A stretch of DNA of 32,000 nt from Candidatus Saccharimonadota bacterium (GTDB taxonomy: Bacteria > Patescibacteriota > Saccharimonadia > Saccharimonadales > Saccharimonadaceae). Under the pieces are notes generated by a model. The model searched no databases and was not told the DNA's origin. It saw only the letters and a list, made by a program, of their open reading frames with translations. Positions 18,792 through 25,955 of this stretch are shown piece by piece. The first letter of the stretch is position 1, and every line of letters begins with the position of its first letter. The stretch lies in contig DIRZ01000002.1 of NCBI GenBank assembly GCA_002421785.1, positions 60,001-92,000 of the forward strand. The letters are read 5' to 3'. The position numbers were made by a program, and so were the translations under genes.

Positions 18792-19408
18792 TGACTAATA
18801 TTCTACAAAAAACCATGCGTCAGATACGGAAGAACGCGGCGACAGGCACCACCCGACCTGCCCTGAGCCGCAAACAACGCTTGAAAAAGTATAAATTCCC
18901 CCTAGTCCTCGTAGGCATCGCGATCCTGTTGGTTTTCGGCTTTCATATCAAAAACCAGATAGATCAAACATCCACAAAACAGCCAACAGCTAGCACAGAT
19001 ACCGCCGATGAGCCCCCAAAGCTACAAAAAGGCACACCCGATTATGCCACCGTAGCGCCCAAAGGAGTTTCAATTAATAGCCTCGGCGGGTGGACGCGCG
19101 TTAGTCCTCCCGACAGAAACCCCGTGTTTGCCTACGTCCAGACGCTCGGTGACTCCACTATTAGTGTCAGCCAGCAACCTCTTCCTGAAAGCCTACAGAT
19201 AGATTCTGAAGAAGCACTCAGCGCTTTAGCCAAAGACTTTCGTGCTAATGAGATGATTACGGCAGGTGACACACCAGCCTACATCGAGACAAAAAATAAC
19301 GGTGCTCAGTCTGTATTATTCATAAAAAACGGTCTACTGATATTAATCAAATCTTCAAGAAGTGTAGCCAATACTACATGGGTAGAATATATCATTTCAT
19401 TAGAGTAA
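18791..19408 (+). CDS. N-terminally anchored exported protein, translationally coupled to the giant gene
   Basis: 205 aa. Its ATG overlaps the TAA of the giant gene by 1 nt (TAATG). It has a basic N-terminus and one TM helix (FPLVLVGIAILLVFGF). Confidence 0.7.
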   Translation: MTNILQKTMRQIRKNAATGTTRPALSRKQRLKKYKFPLVLVGIAILLVFGFHIKNQIDQTSTKQPTASTDTADEPPKLQKGTPDYATVAPKGVSINSLGGWTRVSPPDRNPVFAYVQTLGDSTISVSQQPLPESLQIDSEEALSALAKDFRANEMITAGDTPAYIETKNNGAQSVLFIKNGLLILIKSSRSVANTTWVEYIISLE

Positions 19409-19446
19409 ATCACCTCTTGCGTAGATAAACGAACAGTCTAATACTA

Positions 19447-19974
19447 TTAACTAGCCGTAACCACTAAATCACCACGCATAAAGCCAGTGCTATCGTTCTT
19501 CGCACAGGTAATGTTAACCGGCCACTTGCCTACTGGCTGGCCTTGCTCTACCGTCCAGCTCCATCCCACGTAGCCATATTCATCTGCCACTTTGGGCGCG
19601 AGGCCGGTATCCGTACTTTTCGTACCGTTATAGAGCACCTCAATGCTGCACGCTGCTTCAGGGAGTGTGCGGATAGATACCGACGCATTTGATCCCGCCA
19701 CAAGCGGGCTCGTGAGGCTGGTGATGTACACGCCGACTGCCTGATTCTGGGCAATCGCCTTAGGCCTGGTAATAACATTGGTGATTTTTGATGGTGTATC
19801 CACCACGGTGACCTTGGCGTTCTGGCCAGCATACCAGTTGTATATGACCACCCCGATGGTAACCAAAAGTAACAGCACGAGAGTCAGCACGAAAGCAATC
19901 AGCGCTGTGCGTTTCCGGCGAAGCCGCTGTTGGCCCTTATAGGTTGCGGGGCTGTTTTTCAGCTCACGCAACAT
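19447..19974 (-). CDS. N-terminally anchored exported protein (hypothetical)
   Basis: 175 aa with a basic N-terminus, TM helix ALIAFVLTLVLLLLVTIGVVIY and a beta-rich ectodomain. It starts 2 nt after the stop of ORF 19977-20546. Confidence 0.7.
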   Translation of the reverse strand: MLRELKNSPATYKGQQRLRRKRTALIAFVLTLVLLLLVTIGVVIYNWYAGQNAKVTVVDTPSKITNVITRPKAIAQNQAVGVYITSLTSPLVAGSNASVSIRTLPEAACSIEVLYNGTKSTDTGLAPKVADEYGYVGWSWTVEQGQPVGKWPVNITCAKNDSTGFMRGDLVVTAS

Positions 19975-19976
19975 AG

Positions 19977-20546
19977 CTACTTCTTATCAGCGTAATACTT
20001 CTCGATAGTTTGTGCTACTTTACCCTCTTTGGTAAGGTTTTCGTAGAACAGCACCTGTCCCTTGTCGATAACCATTTGGTCTTCAGGGCCATGCACTTCA
20101 CTTCCTAGCTTAATCAGCTGAACATCCGAGCCAGCAGTCTCGGTTTGCTGAGGGTTGTTAGCATCTTCGGCATTCGTCTGCGATGCCTGGAGGTAGAAAA
20201 TCTTGTTGAGCTTGTAGGTTTCGGCGCCAACTCGTGAGAGTTTACCGAAGTATACTTGGCCATTCGTCAGGAACACCGCCTGGTACTTACCGCCATCAAT
20301 CAGCTGGCCCTGCACGAGTGCATTGTAACCAGAGTAACCCGCGAACAACACTGCAGCGCCAAGTACCACAGCCGCAATGGTCCATAGCAGACCTTTTTTC
20401 ACCTTTGGTGTTTTGCTTGCTCCACCACGTGTGGCGTGAACGCTATCGCGATGAACCGCAGGTTCGGGCGCGCGCAGTGGTTGTGGCGCAGCGTCACGTG
20501 GTGCAGGCACAGGTTGCCGAGTGGAACGGCCAGAAAATGATTCCAT
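19977..20546 (-). CDS. N-terminally anchored exported protein (hypothetical)
   Basis: 189 aa. A Pro/Arg-rich N-terminus is followed by TM helix LLWTIAAVVLGAAVLFAGY. GAGGGAG lies upstream of the ATG. Confidence 0.7.
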   Translation of the reverse strand: MESFSGRSTRQPVPAPRDAAPQPLRAPEPAVHRDSVHATRGGASKTPKVKKGLLWTIAAVVLGAAVLFAGYSGYNALVQGQLIDGGKYQAVFLTNGQVYFGKLSRVGAETYKLNKIFYLQASQTNAEDANNPQQTETAGSDVQLIKLGSEVHGPEDQMVIDKGQVLFYENLTKEGKVAQTIEKYYADKK

Positions 20547-20579
20547 GAGTACTATTTCTCCCTCTCTTTACTTATAGTT

Positions 20580-20588
20580 ATCATACCA
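20580..20588 (-). promoter_or_regulatory. Extended -10 promoter for the 20546-19447 two-gene operon (with a 5' leader and a Shine-Dalgarno)
   Basis: The minus strand reads TGG-TATGAT (hexamer 20585-20580). It is followed by a leader of about 26 nt containing GAGGGAG before ATG 20546. Confidence 0.4.
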
Positions 20589-20653
20589 TAACTGGGATGC
20601 CGATTCCAGGGACCACCATAAAGTTACTCAAACTATTTTGAGTAAGTGTATTA

Positions 20654-20682
20654 TTGACACTAATTACGGCACCTGCTATACT
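20654..20682 (+). promoter_or_regulatory. Near-consensus promoter for prs, predicting a leaderless mRNA
   Basis: TTGACA (20654-20659), a 17-nt spacer, then TGC-TATACT (hexamer 20677-20682). ATG 20689 lies 6 nt downstream. Confidence 0.65.
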
Positions 20683-20688
20683 GACCCT

Positions 20689-21684
20689 ATGAAAGAACGA
20701 AAGCTGCGCACCCGCCCCGTCATCTTAAGTGGTGAATATAGCCTCCCCTTCGCAGAAAAGGTAGCCGAGCACCTTGACTTGCCCGTTACTCCCACTACTG
20801 TCACGCATTTCGCCAATACCGAAATCAACGCGCACATCGAAGATTCAGTTCGTGATGCAACCGTATTTGCCATTCAGTCACACGGCGCGCCCGTCAATGA
20901 CAACCTGATGGAACACCTGGCAATTGTGCAGGCGGCGCAGCTCGGTTCGGCACACGAAGTAACCGCCATCGCCCCCTACCGTGGCTACGGACGAGCCGAT
21001 CGCATGGCCAAGCCCCATGACGCCTTCATGGGCAAGCTGAGTATGCAGTTCTTCGAACTCGCCCACGCGCGCCGCTTCATCGAAGTCGACCCTCACTCAG
21101 GGCAATCATCGGGCTTTGCCAATGGCATGCTGTATGAATCGATTCCAGCTGCCCCCGTACTCCGTGATGACATCGCAAATGTTATGGCCACTCTCGACAA
21201 CGAGCCCGTCATCGTGTCGCCAGATTTTGGTCGCGACAAGCTAAACGAACGCTACGCCGCCCTACTTGGTGGCCTTGACCTCGCGGTGATCGCCAAAAAC
21301 CGAGACGGCGTCAACCATGTCAATGTCCAGCGCGTTATTGGTGAAGTCGCTGGCAAAGTCTGCTTCATGATCGATGACATGATCGATACAGGCGGCACCA
21401 TCGTGAAGGGCGCGCAGGCACTTCGTGATCGTGGGGCAGCCGCGGTATACATCTACACGACACATCCCATCTTTTCCGATCCGGCGGGTGAGCGCCTGAG
21501 TAAAGCGGTGGCCGATGGCGTGATTAAAGAAGTTGTTACCACCGACACGCTTCGCATTCCCAACTCATTTGACCCGGGTGTCGTACGCACCGTGTCTGTC
21601 GCTCCCCTTGTCGCGGCGGCAATTACCAAAATCTATCATGGCGAATCAGTCTCTGGGTACTTCAACGGTGAAACGCACCACTAA
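20689..21684 (+). CDS. prs: Ribose-phosphate pyrophosphokinase (PRPP synthetase)
   Basis: NDNLMEHLAIVQAAQLGSAHEVTAIAPYRGYGRADR matches the canonical NDNLMELL....A.....A..IT.V.PY.GYARQDR. The PRPP loop is DDMIDTGGT. I chose ATG 20689 (MKERKL...) over the upstream TTG 20638 because the promoter lies inside that extension. Confidence 0.9.
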   Translation: MKERKLRTRPVILSGEYSLPFAEKVAEHLDLPVTPTTVTHFANTEINAHIEDSVRDATVFAIQSHGAPVNDNLMEHLAIVQAAQLGSAHEVTAIAPYRGYGRADRMAKPHDAFMGKLSMQFFELAHARRFIEVDPHSGQSSGFANGMLYESIPAAPVLRDDIANVMATLDNEPVIVSPDFGRDKLNERYAALLGGLDLAVIAKNRDGVNHVNVQRVIGEVAGKVCFMIDDMIDTGGTIVKGAQALRDRGAAAVYIYTTHPIFSDPAGERLSKAVADGVIKEVVTTDTLRIPNSFDPGVVRTVSVAPLVAAAITKIYHGESVSGYFNGETHH

Positions 21685-21692
21685 GCCGCTTA

Positions 21693-21701
21693 TGCTATGC
21701 T
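21693..21701 (+). promoter_or_regulatory. Extended -10 promoter for ORF 21708-21998, predicting a leaderless mRNA
   Basis: TGC-TATGCT (hexamer 21696-21701) is followed 6 nt later by ATG 21708. Confidence 0.4.
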
Positions 21702-21707
21702 ACATAT

Positions 21708-21998
21708 ATGGATGCAGCAACTCTACAATCACTACTCAACGAGACCTCCGGATCGGGCGGTACTAGTTCACTCTTTGACATCAATGCCCTCATCGCGCCA
21801 CTGATGCCATATATCATCATGCTGACGGTCGTATCGTTCGTCATTACCATCCTCTATTTTGTGAGTGTGGTTCAAAAATGGCGCGCAAATGCAGCTATCA
21901 TTGAAATTAGGGATATCCTGCGTGACATGCGCGCCCAGGCCCAAACAGAGCCGCCCGCGGTTACTTCTGTAAATGACGCTCAGGTGAGCGCGACTTAG
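21708..21998 (+). CDS. Small membrane protein (hypothetical)
   Basis: 96 aa with one strong TM helix (LMPYIIMLTVVSFVITILYFVSVV). Its 3' end overlaps the convergent kinase gene by 38 nt. Confidence 0.5.
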   Translation: MDAATLQSLLNETSGSGGTSSLFDINALIAPLMPYIIMLTVVSFVITILYFVSVVQKWRANAAIIEIRDILRDMRAQAQTEPPAVTSVNDAQVSAT

Positions 21999-23754
21999 CA
22001 CGTTTGTTTTCGCTCGCCATATCCAGAATATCGTTATCTATCATGGCAATTTTCGGTAGAATGAGCGTGAAAGTTGAGCCTTTTTCAATCACCGACTCTA
22101 CCACAATATCCCCGCCGTGCCCACGCGCCAGCTGACGCGCTAGGAATAGTCCCAGGCCCGTGCCGCCTTCGTCGTGCGAAAGGGGGTTTTGCACTCGATC
22201 GAACTTTTTAAATATCCGCTCATGGTCTTTCATCTCGATGCCCACACCACTGTCCTTCACTGCTAGGCGCAGCGCGCCATCTTTACTCTCGATGGTTACC
22301 TTTACCTTCGACCCACGACGCGAATATTTAATGGCATTACTCACCAGATTCTCAACAATCATGGTTACGTACCTATCATCAGCCACCACGGGTCGGGGCT
22401 TAGCGCCACGGAACTGTATGGTGATATCTTTTTGCTTTGCTTGCGAGTCCATGTGCGACAATACATCGCGTGTAATCTGCGCCAGGTCACAGGGCACAGG
22501 GTCAATCTGCAGCTGTCCTGCCTCCACCTTCGACACGTATAGCAAATCGTTAATCACATGCAACTGCCGCTCATTCGTAATGTAGGCTTTGTCGGCTAGC
22601 GACTGCTGCGCCGGCGTCAGGCTACCAAATGACCCGTCTCGTAAAATGCCAAGGTATTGCTTCACGCCCGAAGCAGGAGTGCGGAGTTGGTGGGAAGCAA
22701 GTGCGAGTAGCTCATTTTTAGTATTTTCCACTGCCTCTTCGTAGTGTCGCTGAACTCTCATCATCCGGTACACCAGAATGCCGTACACAATAAAGGCAAT
22801 AAAGGCGCTCACGATACTTCCCAGGAAAAACAACCCAAGGGGGCCATACACCTCGTTTATTGACACGTCGCTCCCCGAAATCTCAAGCTTCCAAGCCTGA
22901 TGATTAATGGCGATATCTCGTTCGACGTATTTTTTATCGCCTTCTTGACCGGTGGAAAAATCCGCCTTATACAGTTCAACGCGCTCGGGCTGCGCATGTA
23001 ATTGAATCGTCAGGTTATCACGAAGCCGCGGTGTATTGTTGACTATTTGCCGCATAGAATCATGCGGACGGAACACGACGTAGGCGTAGCCAATCAGGCC
23101 TGCGCGGCGTTCGGCGGTTGTCGACGGCATGCCCGCGTATACTGCCTGATACACAAGCACCCCTGGGTTGACCGCCTTGTCACCGTCTTGCACCAATTTC
23201 ACCGGACTTGTCATTACCGGCTCGCCCGAATCTCGGGCGAGTTCCATTGCTTCATGACGCGATTGCTCGGTGTACATGTCGTATCCAATCGCGCGAAGGT
23301 TCACATCGTTTTGTGGCTCCAAATACACGATGGGCGCATATTCTGCGCGCCCGCCTTCGGGCCACACAGCCACATCGCCACCCCCACCTGGGGCAACTAC
23401 ACGTACATAGCCTACCCCCTGCAGGGCAGGGTATTGCGCCTGGATTCTCATGGTTAGGTAAAACTGTGCCCACTCGTCGCGGGTCATGTCCGGATTTGCC
23501 GTCACCTGGGCAGCAGCGGCACGCAGAACGGTATTGTAGCTATCAAGCCCATTCACTAGCTGCGAATGAACAGTGACGATATTCTGATCCAGCTGCGCGG
23601 CAAAATTTACTTCGTTCTGCGTGGCGGCGGTACGAGCAAAGACACTCGTAATCGTCATGCCCACCAAAAACACGCCAATAGAAATCGCTACAATCGTAAT
23701 ATAGACCGACGTCGTCGTGCGATTCTGGGTAATTCGTCGCAGGAGTGGTTTCAC
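21961..23754 (-). CDS. Sensor histidine kinase with an extracytoplasmic CHASE domain
   Basis: 597 aa with a GTG start. There are two TM helices. The CHASE signature is YAPIVYLEPQNDVNLRAIGYDMYTEQSRHEAMELARDSGEPVMTSPVKLVQD. The H-box is LASHQLRTPAS, the N-box is LVSNAIKYS, and the G-boxes are DSGVGI and GGTGLGLFLARQL. Confidence 0.9.
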   Translation of the reverse strand: MKPLLRRITQNRTTTSVYITIVAISIGVFLVGMTITSVFARTAATQNEVNFAAQLDQNIVTVHSQLVNGLDSYNTVLRAAAAQVTANPDMTRDEWAQFYLTMRIQAQYPALQGVGYVRVVAPGGGGDVAVWPEGGRAEYAPIVYLEPQNDVNLRAIGYDMYTEQSRHEAMELARDSGEPVMTSPVKLVQDGDKAVNPGVLVYQAVYAGMPSTTAERRAGLIGYAYVVFRPHDSMRQIVNNTPRLRDNLTIQLHAQPERVELYKADFSTGQEGDKKYVERDIAINHQAWKLEISGSDVSINEVYGPLGLFFLGSIVSAFIAFIVYGILVYRMMRVQRHYEEAVENTKNELLALASHQLRTPASGVKQYLGILRDGSFGSLTPAQQSLADKAYITNERQLHVINDLLYVSKVEAGQLQIDPVPCDLAQITRDVLSHMDSQAKQKDITIQFRGAKPRPVVADDRYVTMIVENLVSNAIKYSRRGSKVKVTIESKDGALRLAVKDSGVGIEMKDHERIFKKFDRVQNPLSHDEGGTGLGLFLARQLARGHGGDIVVESVIEKGSTFTLILPKIAMIDNDILDMASENKRAKSRSPERHLQK

Positions 23755-23770
23755 TCTTCTAGTGTATCAG

Positions 23771-24019
23771 TTAACGCGATGTCGTGACTAGTTCGTCAAA
23801 ATTAATATCTTCGGCAAATGCGGTCGCGCGCATTCCCAGTTCAAATCGGATTCGCCCCAGTATTTTATCAATAACATCTACTTGACGATCGATGCCCATT
23901 TCTACCGCGTCGGCACGCTGCGCAGCGAGGTCGCGTTGATGCCCCTCTAGCTCCTCGGTCGTGAGAATCGTAGCATCGCTGATTCGTTCGCTTCGGCCTT
24001 GTAGTGATAGTTCTGCCAT
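23771..24019 (-). CDS. Small acidic cytoplasmic protein (hypothetical)
   Basis: 82 aa. A good Shine-Dalgarno (GAGGTG) lies 5 nt before ATG 24019. The kinase gene starts 16 nt downstream. Confidence 0.55.
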   Translation of the reverse strand: MAELSLQGRSERISDATILTTEELEGHQRDLAAQRADAVEMGIDRQVDVIDKILGRIRFELGMRATAFAEDINFDELVTTSR

Positions 24020-24068
24020 AATGGCACCTCGTCTTTCTTGCAGTGCTTTACAGACTGCGCTAATGTTT

Positions 24069-24144
24069 TGGCTCGGGGGGAAGGTTTCGAACCTCCATAC
24101 CTTGCTTCAAAGGCAAGTGACCTAACCCCTTAGTCTACCCCCGA
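24069..24144 (-). tRNA. tRNA-Gln (anticodon UUG), CCA encoded
   Basis: Hand-folded from the minus strand: TCGGGGG-TA-GACT-AAGGGGTTA-GGTC-A-CTTGC-CTTTGAA-GCAAG-GTAT-GGAGG-TTCGAAA-CCTTC-CCCCCGA-G-CCA. It has a 7-bp acceptor stem, a 4-bp D stem, a 5-bp anticodon stem and a 5-bp T stem with a TTCGAAA loop. The U1:A72 pair and G73 discriminator are typical of bacterial tRNA-Gln. Confidence 0.9.
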
Positions 24145-24170
24145 CTAGGTTGGGTCTGACGACTGTCCTG

Positions 24171-24201
24171 AAACAAAAATCACCGCCTTTTTGGTGCGGT
24201 G
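24171..24201 (-). terminator. Intrinsic terminator hairpin plus U-tract between the Gln-codon leader ORF and tRNA-Gln (proposed attenuator terminator)
   Basis: The minus strand reads CACCGC-ACCAAAAAG-GCGGTG followed by ATTTTTGTTT. The stem is 6 bp, the loop 9 nt, and the tail U-rich. Confidence 0.5.
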
Positions 24202-24232
24202 CTTGCTTTTTGTTCTGAATCAACGACAAATA

Positions 24233-24286
24233 CTAAGCAACCGCACGAACGGGTGTGAGAATTTGTTGTTGACGCATAGTAGTCAT
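24233..24286 (-). CDS. Candidate 17-aa leader peptide MTTMRQQQILTPVRAVA with three consecutive CAA codons
   Basis: ATG at 24286-24284, CAA CAA CAA at 24271-24263 and TAG at 24235-24233. The start codon lies 6 nt after a -10 box. The ORF is too short for the supplied ORF track. Confidence 0.35.
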   Translation of the reverse strand: MTTMRQQQILTPVRAVA

Positions 24287-24292
24287 GGCTCT

Positions 24293-24321
24293 GTTATACC
24301 CTATTTACTTTTTCTATGCAA
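24293..24321 (-). promoter_or_regulatory. Promoter driving the leader ORF and tRNA-Gln
   Basis: The minus strand reads TTGCAT (24321-24316), a 17-nt spacer, then TATAAC (24298-24293), then 6 nt, then ATG. I found no credible promoter in the 36 nt between the terminator U-tract and the tRNA 5' end. Confidence 0.5.
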
Positions 24322-24354
24322 GCTTTTCGTGCATATTCGCTCGCAAAGCACCAC

Positions 24355-25152
24355 CTATACAGTCAGGTCACGTCGCGGATAACGGTAGTAGCACGCGGCA
24401 ATACTAGCGACCACCACGACGCAGTAAATACTCACCCACAGTCCGTTTAATGTTCCATTCGCGATGATATCTGGCGCGTTCATTTGCACGAGTGGCGAAG
24501 CTACGCCTAGCCAGTCAAGCGCCGGCTGCATCGTCACCAGTACGTAGGCAAAATACATCACGCCTACTGCTGCGGCCACCAGTCTGCCGGCCAGCCTCGG
24601 TCGCAGGCTACTGGCAGCAAGCGCCGTGCCCACTGCCATAAAGAGTAGTTGCAGCACCGCATAGGCCGCGTTATACAGCGTCAACTCGAGTACCACCGTT
24701 GCTAGGTCGACGTACTGGGCTGCGAGTAGACACGATGTTACCAGTGTCACCACGTTCAGTATTATCAGCACCACAAGCGCCGCGCACAACTTCGCAGTCA
24801 ACACCCGCGCCCGACTCCGTGGCTTCACGTACAAAAACTCCGTCGTTTTGTCTTGTTCTTCCTTATCGATGATATCCGCGCCCATCATGCCTGCCTGAAT
24901 CGCAAGCATAACCGCCACGTACAAGTACAGCACGCCAAAGTACCCCACGATTGTTGTAATATCCAGCCCGTTCATCCCAAACACCGCTTGTACAGTCGCG
25001 GGGAATTGATCGAGCAGCTGATTAACATCCATCCCGCCTGCCGTCAGCGTATTAAATTTCGCCATGCTCGCCACCAGTAGCAGCACGATGCCCGCCGACC
25101 ACAGCAACACGCTTTTCCGATACGTCCGTAATTCTCGCCAAAAAACATTCAT
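24355..25152 (-). CDS. ABC-2 type transporter permease
   Basis: 265 aa with about 6 TM segments. Its start overlaps the upstream permease stop (TGATG). It is the last gene of a three-gene operon with an ABC ATPase. Confidence 0.8.
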   Translation of the reverse strand: MNVFWRELRTYRKSVLLWSAGIVLLLVASMAKFNTLTAGGMDVNQLLDQFPATVQAVFGMNGLDITTIVGYFGVLYLYVAVMLAIQAGMMGADIIDKEEQDKTTEFLYVKPRSRARVLTAKLCAALVVLIILNVVTLVTSCLLAAQYVDLATVVLELTLYNAAYAVLQLLFMAVGTALAASSLRPRLAGRLVAAAVGVMYFAYVLVTMQPALDWLGVASPLVQMNAPDIIANGTLNGLWVSIYCVVVVASIAACYYRYPRRDLTV

Positions 25153-25955
25153 CAGGCGACCGCCTTTTTGTCGCGATGCGTATAGAGCATATAGCCGCCC
25201 ACCAGCATCGCCAGCGCCATTAGGCCGCCGACCAGCCAGTACTGCGCGTCAATTGTGCCCTCACTCACATACGCCAAATAGTCTATGTACTTAAATGGCG
25301 AAACATAGCGAAACTTTTCCTCGCCAATCAGTGCGCCAATCAACCCCACCGCGAATAGGCCAAACACCGCACCAAGCGTATACGCCACCACCGAACGCAC
25401 TCGATGCACCAGCTGAGATACCGCGATCCCGAGCATCATAAACCACAGCTGAAGCGCCAAAAAGCTGGCGTTGACTACCATTACCTTTGCGTTATCAAAC
25501 TCGCCCACCTTAAACACTGCCACCCATACATACACAATTACGCAGTATGCGACGTGCGTTATCAGTATGGCTGTTAACATAGCGGCGCATTTCGCCACAA
25601 ACACATGGGTGCGCGTGATCGGCTTTGTCAGCAAAAAATCCGTCGTTTTTGCTTGCTGCTCGCGCACCATAACTCCAAGCCCCAGCCCCATCGCCTGCGC
25701 CGCACCAATCAGCATGATGTCAATCATTGTAAATGAATAAAATCCAAGGAACGTAGTAAACGCACTCAAGCTTAATCCCAGCATCTCGCGCGCAAACGGA
25801 GGCATGTTCTGCATTAATTGCTGCGTCACCGTCATATCACTACTAAATGCGGGATACAGCGAAATAAACATGAGGCTGGCGAGCCCCAGCACGCCTATCC
25901 AAATTACTGTCTGAAGCCGCAGCCGACGCAGTTCGTAAAGGTAAATGTTCATCAC
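25152..25955 (-). CDS. ABC-2 type transporter permease
   Basis: 267 aa with about 6 TM segments. Its start overlaps the ATPase stop by 4 nt (ATGA). Confidence 0.8.
   Translation of the reverse strand: MMNIYLYELRRLRLQTVIWIGVLGLASLMFISLYPAFSSDMTVTQQLMQNMPPFAREMLGLSLSAFTTFLGFYSFTMIDIMLIGAAQAMGLGLGVMVREQQAKTTDFLLTKPITRTHVFVAKCAAMLTAILITHVAYCVIVYVWVAVFKVGEFDNAKVMVVNASFLALQLWFMMLGIAVSQLVHRVRSVVAYTLGAVFGLFAVGLIGALIGEEKFRYVSPFKYIDYLAYVSEGTIDAQYWLVGGLMALAMLVGGYMLYTHRDKKAVA

Noticed and set aside
20638-20688. TTG-initiated extension of prs. The same issue applies to TTG 30696 for the 74-aa ORF and TTG 9386 for the fibre gene.
   Set aside because: The extensions of prs and of the 74-aa ORF contain the near-consensus -35 and -10 elements of their own promoters. 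For the fibre gene, TTG 9386 remains possible, but ATG 9401 gives a textbook signal peptide.
24181-24215. Reading the 24181-24201 hairpin as a plus-strand terminator (it is followed by CTTGCTTTTTGTT on the plus strand).
   Set aside because: No plus-strand gene ends anywhere upstream of it. All flanking genes are on the minus strand, where the hairpin also has a U-tract and fits the attenuator model.
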